64,000 nucleotides of DNA from Candidatus Altimarinota bacterium (GTDB lineage: Bacteria > Patescibacteriota > Gracilibacteria > JBDHUY01), in the NCBI GenBank assembly GCA_039809385.1, contig JBDHUY010000002.1, positions 32,001 through 96,000 on the forward strand, read 5' to 3'. The stretch's first letter is position 1. Every line of letters begins with the position of its first letter. The notes under the pieces are model-generated. The model made no database searches. It was not told the DNA's origin and saw only the letters and a list, made by a program, of their open reading frames with translations. The position numbers and the translations under genes are program-made. Positions 45,154 through 55,227 of this stretch are shown piece after piece.

Positions 45154-48100
45154 ATGAGCGAGATTTTCCGGTTCAAGCGTAAGAGTACTACAACTCTGGT
45201 TTTCGTTCTGTACACGCTAAGTGTTCTTTTGGCCGGACCGGCCGCTGTGAGAGCGCAAGCAAACCCAGCCTTGCCGGAAGTCAAACCGCACGTGCCAGCT
45301 GTGGCAGAACCTGCCCAAGATTCTATCGAAAACTTGAACGACAATATTGACAAAAAAGATCTCCCGGTGGAGAAAACCCAAGATGGCCTGGTGATCAAAT
45401 CCCCGGACACGACCGACTCGCTTTTACTGCTACCCAGTCAATCGGAGCGCGATACCGGTGCGAGTGCGCCACTCCCTCTGCATACCAAAGACGAGGCTAT
45501 TGAACGTGCCTATATGTTTTTGCAGCAGCAAAATACATTTGAGACGTTTCCCAAGGACCTTCCGATTTTTTCCACTCAGGACGGAAAAGACTTTTTTGCA
45601 TTTCTGGAGCAAGCCCGCGAAGCGGGTATCCAGCTAGTAACTAGCGAAGTCATCGAGACCCCCGACCGCTACCGGGTCCGTTTCGGTTTGCGCTGGGACG
45701 GTATACGTATCCTGGGGGAAGAACTTGAAGTTATACTCGATAAACCGACCGGTCAGGTAACGGCTGTTTCGGGAAATCTGCACCGTCTGGTGAAAGACGA
45801 TACTCAAAATTTTGTCAATCCGGTAAGGCAGGCCAAATACGATCTGATCATTACGCTCTTGGATGAACACGCGACAACCACAGGCACCTGGGACGATGCG
45901 ATATCGTTAGCCGAGAAGGTATATTATGTTGTTCCGGACAAGGAGGGAGAGATCCGGCAGGGATACCTGTTTGAAGCAGAACTGCTCTATCCTTTTGGGG
46001 TATGGCAGTATTTGCGTGATGCTACTACCGGACGATCGATATGGAAAAAAAATACCACATTACTCCTGAATGAAAATGAAAACAGTTCGGAACAGGTAAC
46101 CGGATCCGGCACGACGATCCCCGAGAACGAGGTGATCACGATCGTTCCGGCTGCTCCGGAAGTGAATTCGGAAACTTCCGATCTTCCCACAAGCGAAAAG
46201 CCCGAAGACTCTTCCCCCGCAAGTGCCATTTCCGATTTCTCGGGACTCGAAGTACAAACGCTCCTTTCGGGTTTTGCGGTATCCGATAAAGATTTGCTTA
46301 ATACGCTCTTGCTGCCTTTGCCGTTCGTTCAGGTTTTTCTAAAAGACAAGTCCGAACCGCTTCAGGCAGGAGCAGATGGTTCCATAGCAGCTCCAGCTTC
46401 GCGTATTCAAACAGTAAAGCTCGATTCCAAGCAAGTACAAATTATTAACGGAATCGATAACAAAATCCCTCAAATTGACTATACGGCTCTGTCAACCGGC
46501 AGCGGTTCTAATCTTCCCGAAAGGATGGATAGTCCGGTTCTGTCGGCTACCAGTTTTGCTCTTGCCGATACAAACGCCTATTACTATGCGCAGCATTATC
46601 TCGACGAGATTTCCCGTATGACGGGAATAACATCCGCAAAGCAGATCCAGCTTTTCGTTAATTCGCGACTTGCCCGTGAAAACGGTCAACATTGTACCGC
46701 TTTCTCTCTGCCCACCCGTTACCAGATACACTTTGGTTCGTCTGAAGGGTGTCCGGGGCTGAGTTCAGATTTAGCTCTTTCTCCCGACGTCATTTATCAT
46801 GAAATGACGCATATTCTGGTCGAAGGATTACATCCTTTCAGCGAAACGACGCCCGAAGTCGATTGGATGCGGGAAGGCATTTCCGACGGAGTAGCGGCTA
46901 TTCTCAACCAGGATCCGCTCATCGGCGAAACGGTTTTTAAAGATCCGTTGCAGATAGATCGTTTTACATCTCAACCTTGTACCGGCTCGTCGGATATTGA
47001 ATGTCCTGACGGGAAGACTACCGATACGCATACGAACAGCCGGTTGATTAGTTCGGCATTGTGGGAGTTGTATCAAAAAATAGGAAGGAGCGAAACCCTG
47101 GCACTGTTGTTCTCAGCTTTGCAGTACGAAACTAACACGCTTGATGCCCTGGTGATTCATTTGTTATTGGAAGATGACAGCCGCAGTCGGGGAGGTGATA
47201 ACGATATGTTAAACGGAACCCCCCATGCTCAACTGATTCTCGAGACTTTCCACGACCGGGGAATAGGGCCGGGATATCTGAAGTGGCGTCAGATTTTGAC
47301 TACGCAACCGGCTATGGCATTGGATGAAAAATGGTGGAAAACCGAATCCGTGTATAGCGAACGATTACATACTATTCTCGACGGACAGCACCCTGAGACG
47401 GCGTTGGTGAAACAGGAAGAAAACTGGGTATTTTCCTCGGCCAAGGATGCCGATCCGGCTTCAGCTGAGGAATCGACGGATGCCGAACCGACCACAACAA
47501 CGGAACCTGCGTCGGAAAATCTCCCGGCAGCAGAACCCGGAAAAACAGCCCTTGAACAGAATCCTGAGGCTATTGCCAGTTTGACCCGCGAACTGGAAGA
47601 ACGTCAAAAAATTCAAACTATCTTTGGCGATACCATGCAGGAGGGGTTTGTATACCAGATAAAAAACGAGCAAATACATTTTATACCCCAGTTCCTTCAA
47701 AACGAAGTAACCGCGGGACAAAAGACAGAAGAGGGCAATCTGGTTTTTGCCGACAATGATCTGGATGTCTTGTATCAATACGATAGTACCAGCCGGCGTT
47801 TGAAAGAAGTACTGGCCATAGAAAAACTTCCGCAGCAAACAGCTGACAGCACACAGCTCACTGTCGCTGGCACAGAGTCAACGATGACCGGGTCTGGAAG
47901 TCTGATCGAAAGTGATCAACTTACCAGTCAGCAAACATCCGGATCGGGGAGTATATTACCAGATTTTGTAGAGAAAAGAGACGACGGGAGCAGAAATTTA
48001 CGCTTTTCCTGGACGGTAGAACGTGATAAGTCTCATTTGATAAAAAGTGGCTCGGAGGTCTTTGTACGGGATGAATTCGGGAACGATCTGCTCAAAATCG

Positions 48101-51100
48101 AAGCCCCCTTTTATCTGGACAAAGACGGACAGCGCCACGATGAGAATATCAGGTGGAATATAGGCGGAGACGAAACGGAAGTCTCAGACCGTCATACACT
48201 GACGCTGGAAATTCTGAATCCCGACCCGGATAGTTTTCCGATTCTGGTCGACCCGACCGTGATCAACGACTGGAGTTTCGTCGATCAGAATGCTTCGAGC
48301 GGTTTGAATTACGATGCTACAAAAGAAGCCCAGTTTCCACAGCTGGTAGATTTCCAGGGAGCTCTATATGCGATTTGGCGCGAGACTAATTCGGCAGGAG
48401 ATTCTCATATCCGTGCGAAACGTTTTAATGGCAACAGCTGGGTATTTGTCGATGGAGGAGGGGGAAACGGGCTGAACTTTGACGTGATCCGTGATGCGCT
48501 TAGCCCTCATGCTGTTGTATTTGGCAATGCTCTTTATGTTACCTGGTGGGAGCAAACTGCCAGTGTATATCAGATCCGGGTAAAAAAATATGACGGAACT
48601 ACTTGGAGTTTTGTCGATGGAGGAGGAGCTACCGGTATTAATCAGAATACGGCACGGAATGCCTACCGTCCCTCTCTGACAGTGTACAACGGCCTTTTAT
48701 ACAATACCTGGTCAGAAGAAAATGCTTCCGCCGTTCTTCAAATCCGCGTCAAAAAATATGATGGTGTCTCTTGGACGACAGCCGATGGTGGCGGCGCTAA
48801 TGGGATCAACCAGGATACGACCAAATCTGCCGAACGCTCTAGTCTAACCGTTTATGGTACGATGCTTTATAATATCTGGATTGAGCCGAATGGTTCGGGA
48901 GTAGATCAGATCCGCGTCAAAAAATATGATGGTGTCTCTTGGACGACAGCCGATGGTGGCGGCGCCAATGGGATCAATCAAGATACCGGACGTAATGTTA
49001 CCTTCGAAAATCCGTTTATGGTTCCGTCCGGGATATATCTTTATGCGACATGGGCTGAACAAAACCCTTCAGGAATATCGCAAATCCGTGTAAAGCAGTA
49101 TGATGGTACATCCTGGATTTCCGTAGATGGAGGAGGCGTAAACGGATTGAATTATGATACGGCCAGAAATGCCGATGGTACAAACCTGCAGCATTTTAAC
49201 AATACCTTGTTTCTAGGATGGAAAGAAACGGATGCCGGGGGGATTGATCATGTTCATGTAAAGCGGTATAGCAGTGGTAGCTGGATATTCGTAGACGGAG
49301 GTGACAGTACAGGTCTCAATATCAGCTCAATCACAAATGCCCGCGAACCAAGAATGGCACTTTTTGGCAACGCGCTCTATTTGGGAGTTGAAGAAGAATC
49401 TTCCTCTTTAGTATATCAGATCCGTGTCAGAAAATATGACGGCAATACCTGGTATCTGGTCGATTCTCCCATATCTTCAGGGACCCAAAATACCGGCTGG
49501 CTCAATCTGACAACATGCAGCAATAATACTGGAACCGGTACTGCCGCCTGGGGAACCACGGCCAATGCTCTTGCCTCGGACAATGCATATAGCAGTGCAA
49601 CGTTGGGAGCAAGCGTTACGTCGAATTATCTGGTATGCACTACGCCGTCGGGAGTTTCCATTCCTTCGGGGGCCGGAATCACGGGGATTGAGGTTAATGT
49701 CGAACGATCGAGTAGTAGCGGCGCAGTCGGGGTCAATATTCTGGACAATGCGGTATATCTCGTCAAAAATAATGTAATTCTCGACAACTTAAACAAAGCG
49801 CAGGCTACAGTCTGGACAACAGGTGATACCGTGATTACTTACGGCAACAGCGCGGATCTTTGGCAAAACACTTGGAAAGTTTCTGATTTTTCAGGCGCTT
49901 TCGGAGTAGCGTTTTCCGCTAAAAATACCGGAACCGTTTCGGCCAACGGCAGAGTTGACCACATTCAGATTCGTATCCACTATACCCAAGATTTTGACAA
50001 AGGGTTAAACAAGGATGCGACCAAAGACGCGTACAATCCCGAATTTGCTACGTATAATAGCGATCTGTACGCAACCTGGTACGAGCACAATGCTTCGAGT
50101 ATCGGGCAGATCCGTCTGGCCCGCTATGATGGCATCCAGTGGACATTTGTTGACGGGAATGGCACAAACGGCTTGAATATTGACGTCAGCAAAGATGCCC
50201 AGTCGCCGCATCTGGCTGTGTATAACGGATTGCTTTATGTAACCTGGAGTGAGGCGGATAGTGTAAGCTCTATCCAACAAATACGTGTCGGAGCTTTTGA
50301 CGGGAGCGGGTGGGAGATCCTGGACGGGGGAGGTGTCACCGGGCTTAATGTTGATGTAAGTTCTCCGGCATATACACCGCGTTTTCAAGTGTACAATGAT
50401 CAAATATTTCTGTTATGGTCGGAACATTTTACCGACACCATAGACGGTCCCGTATATCATATTCGGGCCAAAGCTTCCGACGGTATCGATAACTGGTATC
50501 AGGTCGAGCCGGGAAACGGTATTAATCAGGATAATTTTTATAGCGGTGAATTTCCCCATATGGCAGTGTATAATGACACGCTGTATGCCATATGGACGGA
50601 AAGCAACTTAACGGATAGTATCAAATTGATAGCTAAACAGTATAATAATGATGAAACATGGAGTTTAACCAATGATATAGCCGGATTACAGCAGTCTGGC
50701 GGATATACCTATCCATCCAATCCCGACCTGGCCAGCTATGACGGATACCTCTATGCTATCTGGTCGCAAACGAACGCATCGCTTTCGGCGCAACATATTC
50801 GGGTGAAACGGTATGACGGAACAACCTGGTCGAGTTTTGATACCAGTAACACGTCGGTGGTATATATCGCCGATACTTCAAATAATCGTATACAACGCTG
50901 CCGTCCGAATACGACGTGTACCGTTTACGCTTCAGCCGGTGCCTCTCTGGGGCAGGTCAATGCCCCGCAGGGCGTTGCCGTCTACAATTATGATACCGTG
51001 TATATCGCCGATACCACGAATAATCGTATACAAAAGTGTACCGGATCTACGCCTACCTGTGCCCTTTATGCGGGTGCTGGAACTGCTTTGGGACAAGTAA

Positions 51101-53688
51101 ACGGGCCGGAAGCAATAGCCGTTGATAGTTCAGGAGCTGTGTATATCGCCGATCGGAGTAATAATCGGGTACAACGTTGCACGGGAGCCACCCCAACTTG
51201 TACATTATATGCGGGCAGTGGTACCGCTCTGGGACAGGTAAATCTGCCGGAAGGAATTGCTGTCGATCAAAACGGTGTGGTATACATAGCCGATACCGGA
51301 AATAACCGGGTTCAGCGCTGTACCGCCGCTGCGACGTGTACCCAATATCTGGCAGCCGGTACTTCGTTGGGACAAACCAGCTCCCCAAAAGGAATTGCGA
51401 CAGATAGTAGCGGCAATGTATATGTTTCTGATACAAATATCGCCAATCGTGTTCAGTATTGTACCGCGGCATCGACTTGTACTCTGTATGCCGCTTCCGG
51501 AACAGCGCTGGGAACAGTGAATGCCTCGCAAGGATTAATGGCTGATAATGTAGGTGGTTTGTATATCGCTGATACCGGAAATAACCGGGTTCAATATTGT
51601 ACCGCAGCATCGACTTGTACGCAGTTTGCGGGAGCCGGTACGAGTCCGGGACAGGTGAATAGTCCCCGCGATGTTGACTTTGCGTCCAGCGGGATCAACT
51701 ATGATGTCACCCGCTCCGGGGCAAAACCGCGTTTGGTGGTCTTTGGCGATAAACTGGTGGCTGCCTGGACCGAGCACAACGGCAGTTTTTTCCAGATGCG
51801 TATGAAATACTTTGACGGTACCGCTTGGTACACCGCGGATGACAATACATCCCAAAATTACAGCACCTTGAGGGGCTCAGACAGCCCGGCTCTCGTCGTC
51901 TACAAAAGCTTTGTCTATGCCGGCTGGTATGAAGGTAACGGCACCGCCAATCAGATTCGCGTCAAAAAATATGATGGCAAATCCTGGCTGTCCAGCGATG
52001 GAAACGGTACTACCGGGTTAAATTTCAATACTTCCAATACCCCGGTATCGCCCCAGTTTACCGAGTACAATAATAAACTGTATGCCACCTGGGTAGAAGA
52101 CTCGGGAGGATCGGTTTATCAGGTACGCGTTAAACGCTATGACGGTAACGGAATCTGGACCTTCGTCGATGGAGGAGGCTCGACCGGACTGAATTACAAC
52201 ACTGCCCAATCTGCCTTGGGGGCTAACGGAACAGCCTCCCAGCTGGCAGTATTTAACAATCAGCTTTTTTTGATCTGGAGCGAATTCAATACGACCGGCA
52301 GTGTCAACCAGATCCGTGTCAAAAAATACGACGGTACTTCCTGGACAAATGCCGATAGCGGCACGGTCGGTATCAATCAAAATACCTCGCGGTATGCCTA
52401 TTATCCCCATCTGGCGGTCTATGGGAACGAACTGTATGCCGCATGGTCGGAAGCCGTTACCGCCGGCCCGGCCCAGTATAATATCCGGGTCAAAAAGACC
52501 AGTAACGGTTCGACTTGGACATCGGTAGATGGTGGTGCAGCTACCGGACTCAACAAGGATACGACCAAAGAGGCATTCTATCCGCAGCTAATCGTATTCG
52601 GAGACAAATTGTATTCTATCTGGCAGGAACAAAACGGGACCGGAGTTTGGCAAAGTCGGGTACGTCGCTACGACTCGGGTTCGAGCTGGACATTTGTGGA
52701 CGGGAATGGAGCCAATGGAATCAATACTAATACGGCCTCCGACGCTATCTTCCCGCAACTTGTAGTGTATCAGAATCAAATGTATGCAGCCTGGTCCGAG
52801 TTTAACGCTTCTATCTATCAAGTTCGGGTTAGAAAATACGGTCCCACTGCCAATACGTGGACCACGGTGGATGGCGGAACCACCACGACCGGCTTGAACT
52901 TTGATACCACCAAGAACGCGAATGCTCCACGTATGGCCGTGTTTGACAATCGGCTCTTCATTACTTGGCATGAATCGGCCGGATCGTTTGATCTGGTCCG
53001 TCTCAAATATTTCAACGGTTCGACCTGGTACAACGCCGAAAACGGCTCGACCGGTATTAACTATGATACAACCAGAGATGCCCAACGTCCCAAACTCACC
53101 ATCTTTGGACGGAAACTATACGCTATTTGGCGCGAACACAACGGTACGAATTATCAGGTTAGAGTCAAAGAGCTGACTAACGAAAGTTATATCAATGTTT
53201 CTCTGCCCAGTGATACTATCAATTTCGGGACGCTGACATACAACACACTTTATAACTCGTATAGTACGACACTTCAGGTTGAAACAAATGCTGCTAACGG
53301 TTTTCAAGTCTATGTTTCCGATAACCAAAGCGGAAGCAATTCGGCACTGCAGCGCGGCATGCTCTCGAGTTATATACCCGATTACCCGTCTGCAATTGCT
53401 TCGCCGACCCAGTATAACTCCTGCGCCTCTCCGCCTTGTTACGGACTGGGAATTTGCGTAGTTTCGGCAACCGGAAAAAATACGTCCACCTGGGGCAGCG
53501 GAATTTCTGCATCCGACAGTAACAACAAATACGCTGCCGTACCGCAGGCAGACAGTCTCATCCATAGTGCTCCGGCTGGAACTATCAGCGACGAGGTCGT
53601 GATTGGATACGGGCTAAAACATGCTTTCTCTCAAACACCGGGAGTATACAGCGGTATTATCACATATACGGTCGTAGCGGTTCCGTAA
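45154..53688 (+). CDS. Giant secreted protein: propeptide plus M4/M36-like zinc metalloprotease, multiple beta-propeller repeats, jelly-roll insert and NHL propeller
   Basis: Signal peptide; DVIYHEMTH (46798-46812) and downstream EGISD; many ~56-aa (I/V)RVKKYDG.SW repeats; YIADT.NNRVQ NHL repeats about 50860-51690; C-terminal GVYSGIITYT strand. Confidence 0.88.
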   Translation: MSEIFRFKRKSTTTLVFVLYTLSVLLAGPAAVRAQANPALPEVKPHVPAVAEPAQDSIENLNDNIDKKDLPVEKTQDGLVIKSPDTTDSLLLLPSQSERDTGASAPLPLHTKDEAIERAYMFLQQQNTFETFPKDLPIFSTQDGKDFFAFLEQAREAGIQLVTSEVIETPDRYRVRFGLRWDGIRILGEELEVILDKPTGQVTAVSGNLHRLVKDDTQNFVNPVRQAKYDLIITLLDEHATTTGTWDDAISLAEKVYYVVPDKEGEIRQGYLFEAELLYPFGVWQYLRDATTGRSIWKKNTTLLLNENENSSEQVTGSGTTIPENEVITIVPAAPEVNSETSDLPTSEKPEDSSPASAISDFSGLEVQTLLSGFAVSDKDLLNTLLLPLPFVQVFLKDKSEPLQAGADGSIAAPASRIQTVKLDSKQVQIINGIDNKIPQIDYTALSTGSGSNLPERMDSPVLSATSFALADTNAYYYAQHYLDEISRMTGITSAKQIQLFVNSRLARENGQHCTAFSLPTRYQIHFGSSEGCPGLSSDLALSPDVIYHEMTHILVEGLHPFSETTPEVDWMREGISDGVAAILNQDPLIGETVFKDPLQIDRFTSQPCTGSSDIECPDGKTTDTHTNSRLISSALWELYQKIGRSETLALLFSALQYETNTLDALVIHLLLEDDSRSRGGDNDMLNGTPHAQLILETFHDRGIGPGYLKWRQILTTQPAMALDEKWWKTESVYSERLHTILDGQHPETALVKQEENWVFSSAKDADPASAEESTDAEPTTTTEPASENLPAAEPGKTALEQNPEAIASLTRELEERQKIQTIFGDTMQEGFVYQIKNEQIHFIPQFLQNEVTAGQKTEEGNLVFADNDLDVLYQYDSTSRRLKEVLAIEKLPQQTADSTQLTVAGTESTMTGSGSLIESDQLTSQQTSGSGSILPDFVEKRDDGSRNLRFSWTVERDKSHLIKSGSEVFVRDEFGNDLLKIEAPFYLDKDGQRHDENIRWNIGGDETEVSDRHTLTLEILNPDPDSFPILVDPTVINDWSFVDQNASSGLNYDATKEAQFPQLVDFQGALYAIWRETNSAGDSHIRAKRFNGNSWVFVDGGGGNGLNFDVIRDALSPHAVVFGNALYVTWWEQTASVYQIRVKKYDGTTWSFVDGGGATGINQNTARNAYRPSLTVYNGLLYNTWSEENASAVLQIRVKKYDGVSWTTADGGGANGINQDTTKSAERSSLTVYGTMLYNIWIEPNGSGVDQIRVKKYDGVSWTTADGGGANGINQDTGRNVTFENPFMVPSGIYLYATWAEQNPSGISQIRVKQYDGTSWISVDGGGVNGLNYDTARNADGTNLQHFNNTLFLGWKETDAGGIDHVHVKRYSSGSWIFVDGGDSTGLNISSITNAREPRMALFGNALYLGVEEESSSLVYQIRVRKYDGNTWYLVDSPISSGTQNTGWLNLTTCSNNTGTGTAAWGTTANALASDNAYSSATLGASVTSNYLVCTTPSGVSIPSGAGITGIEVNVERSSSSGAVGVNILDNAVYLVKNNVILDNLNKAQATVWTTGDTVITYGNSADLWQNTWKVSDFSGAFGVAFSAKNTGTVSANGRVDHIQIRIHYTQDFDKGLNKDATKDAYNPEFATYNSDLYATWYEHNASSIGQIRLARYDGIQWTFVDGNGTNGLNIDVSKDAQSPHLAVYNGLLYVTWSEADSVSSIQQIRVGAFDGSGWEILDGGGVTGLNVDVSSPAYTPRFQVYNDQIFLLWSEHFTDTIDGPVYHIRAKASDGIDNWYQVEPGNGINQDNFYSGEFPHMAVYNDTLYAIWTESNLTDSIKLIAKQYNNDETWSLTNDIAGLQQSGGYTYPSNPDLASYDGYLYAIWSQTNASLSAQHIRVKRYDGTTWSSFDTSNTSVVYIADTSNNRIQRCRPNTTCTVYASAGASLGQVNAPQGVAVYNYDTVYIADTTNNRIQKCTGSTPTCALYAGAGTALGQVNGPEAIAVDSSGAVYIADRSNNRVQRCTGATPTCTLYAGSGTALGQVNLPEGIAVDQNGVVYIADTGNNRVQRCTAAATCTQYLAAGTSLGQTSSPKGIATDSSGNVYVSDTNIANRVQYCTAASTCTLYAASGTALGTVNASQGLMADNVGGLYIADTGNNRVQYCTAASTCTQFAGAGTSPGQVNSPRDVDFASSGINYDVTRSGAKPRLVVFGDKLVAAWTEHNGSFFQMRMKYFDGTAWYTADDNTSQNYSTLRGSDSPALVVYKSFVYAGWYEGNGTANQIRVKKYDGKSWLSSDGNGTTGLNFNTSNTPVSPQFTEYNNKLYATWVEDSGGSVYQVRVKRYDGNGIWTFVDGGGSTGLNYNTAQSALGANGTASQLAVFNNQLFLIWSEFNTTGSVNQIRVKKYDGTSWTNADSGTVGINQNTSRYAYYPHLAVYGNELYAAWSEAVTAGPAQYNIRVKKTSNGSTWTSVDGGAATGLNKDTTKEAFYPQLIVFGDKLYSIWQEQNGTGVWQSRVRRYDSGSSWTFVDGNGANGINTNTASDAIFPQLVVYQNQMYAAWSEFNASIYQVRVRKYGPTANTWTTVDGGTTTTGLNFDTTKNANAPRMAVFDNRLFITWHESAGSFDLVRLKYFNGSTWYNAENGSTGINYDTTRDAQRPKLTIFGRKLYAIWREHNGTNYQVRVKELTNESYINVSLPSDTINFGTLTYNTLYNSYSTTLQVETNAANGFQVYVSDNQSGSNSALQRGMLSSYIPDYPSAIASPTQYNSCASPPCYGLGICVVSATGKNTSTWGSGISASDSNNKYAAVPQADSLIHSAPAGTISDEVVIGYGLKHAFSQTPGVYSGIITYTVVAVP
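47833..47869 (+). repeat. In-frame CAGCTGA-type heptamer array in the giant protein (encodes QQTADSTQLTVA)
   Basis: cagcaaacagctgacagcacacagctcactgtcgctg; matches 24106-24133 units. Confidence 0.65.
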
Positions 53689-53779
53689 GTCGGAAAGAAG
53701 ATTTGGAAAATACCCGAATAGAGGAGATGATATATTCCTGAAGCTAGGTTGTTGGGCATATTTTAAAAGCGTCAAGCCT

Positions 53780-53809
53780 TTGACCGGAAGAGGTTTTTTA
53801 TTGTATAAT
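53780..53809 (+). promoter_or_regulatory. Sigma70-type promoter of the pilB cluster
   Basis: TTGACC-18 nt-TATAAT. Confidence 0.65.
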
Positions 53810-53832
53810 GATCAGACCACAAATAAAAACAC

Positions 53833-55104
53833 ATGACTGAAAATACTAGCGCACCGACCGCTACGGCACAAGCCACTACAGGCGGATCGGCCCAAAATTC
53901 GGCTTTGGGGCGTTTGCAAGCCTCGAATATCAATATTATCGAAGTCATCGACGATATGTTTCGGACAGCTGTGGAGATGAATGCTTCCGATATTCATATC
54001 GAACCGTGGGAAACCAGTATCGTGATCCGTTTTCGGGTCGACGGGAAATTCGCCCAATATAAAAAGCTTGATGGGAGTGTCAAACAACAATTTGTCACAC
54101 GTATAAAAATACTTTCCGGTCTCAAAATCGACGAAAATCGTCTTCCTCAGGACGGCAAAGCTTCATTTCCGGCCAAAGATCAGACCGTAGATCTGCGCGT
54201 CTCAATTTTACCGGTAGTATTCGGCGAGAAGATCGTTATCCGTATTTTGAAAAAATCACAAAAAAAATTGAGTATCAAAGATCTGGGAATCATGGGGACG
54301 TCTTTAGAAAAAGTAGAGCGGGCTCTACACAAAACCTACGGTATTATTCTGGCAACCGGACCGACCGGTAGCGGAAAAAGTACGACACTTTATACCCTCC
54401 TGGGAACCTATGACGTTGCCCAGCACAACATCTCGACGCTGGAAGATCCGGTCGAATATTCGATGCAGGGAGTCAATCAAAGCCAGATACATGCTGATAT
54501 CGGGTTCGACTTCTCGGACGGACTGCGTTCGCTTGTACGTCAGGATCCGGACATCATTATGGTAGGAGAAGTTCGCGACAAAAAAACCGCCCAATTGGCG
54601 ATCGAATCGGCCCTGACTGGACATCTGGTATTTTCTACACTGCATACGAACGATGCCGCTACCACAGTACAACGTCTGGTCGATATGGGAGTTGAACCGT
54701 TTTTGATTACATCATCGATTCAATTGGTAATCGCACAGCGTTTAGTACGTAAAGTATGTCCCTTCTGTCGAGTACCCATCCGTCTGGACGGCTCGATAAA
54801 AACCCAGGTCACGCTCCAAATCGGTAATATGGTTGATAAAGATGTCGATCAGATTGCTTTTTTCAAGGCGAAAGGCTGTCCGCAGTGTAACAATCTCGGT
54901 TTTAAAGGACGTATCGGTATTTACGAGGTACTCGAAATAACCCCACCGATTCAGACGCTGGTGCTTAAGGAAGGCGTAGACAGCAATACGATCAAAGAAG
55001 AAGCACTCAAAGAAGGAATGACTACCTTGCTGCAGGATGGACTGGTAAAGGCTGCTTTGGGACTTACTACCGTCGAAGAGGTCTTCCGAGTAGTTGGAGT
55101 ATAG
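53833..55104 (+). CDS. pilB: Type IV pilus assembly ATPase (PilB/GspE), lacking the N-terminal N1 domain
   Basis: ASDIHIEP, RLPQDG, GPTGSGKSTT, LEDPVEY, RQDPDIIMVGEVRD, HTND, CPFC…CPQC, GRIGIYE. Confidence 0.93.
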   Translation: MTENTSAPTATAQATTGGSAQNSALGRLQASNINIIEVIDDMFRTAVEMNASDIHIEPWETSIVIRFRVDGKFAQYKKLDGSVKQQFVTRIKILSGLKIDENRLPQDGKASFPAKDQTVDLRVSILPVVFGEKIVIRILKKSQKKLSIKDLGIMGTSLEKVERALHKTYGIILATGPTGSGKSTTLYTLLGTYDVAQHNISTLEDPVEYSMQGVNQSQIHADIGFDFSDGLRSLVRQDPDIIMVGEVRDKKTAQLAIESALTGHLVFSTLHTNDAATTVQRLVDMGVEPFLITSSIQLVIAQRLVRKVCPFCRVPIRLDGSIKTQVTLQIGNMVDKDVDQIAFFKAKGCPQCNNLGFKGRIGIYEVLEITPPIQTLVLKEGVDSNTIKEEALKEGMTTLLQDGLVKAALGLTTVEEVFRVVGV

Positions 55105-55138
55105 ATAGAATTTTCATCCATGTTTATCCGTAACGTTT

Positions 55139-55220
55139 GAGATTCTTCGCTTCGCTATCGCTCAGCTCAAAATGACTTGTCCCTAATACTCGATACCCCA
55201 TACTTTATACTAGATACTCA
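55139..55220 (+). repeat. REP-like remnant (gagattcttcgcttcgct…aatgac) followed by AATACT-type heptamer array
   Basis: gagattcttcgcttcgctatcgctcagctcaaaatgac; taatactcgataccccatactttatactagatact. Confidence 0.7.
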
Positions 55221-55227
55221 TCTCACA

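Noticed and set aside
44829-45410. 193-aa minus-strand ORF
   Set aside because: Antisense shadow of the giant gene's 5' end plus AT-rich intergenic DNA
48250-53180. Regularly spaced repeats considered as a CRISPR array or DGR template/variable pair
   Set aside because: They are in-frame protein repeats with synonymous variation; no unique spacers, cas genes, reverse transcriptase or adenine-specific mismatch pattern
55177-55227. TTG-started extension of the PilC fusion (MSLILDTPYFILDTHLT)
   Set aside because: Translation of a family B heptamer array; ATG 55228 is the more plausible start
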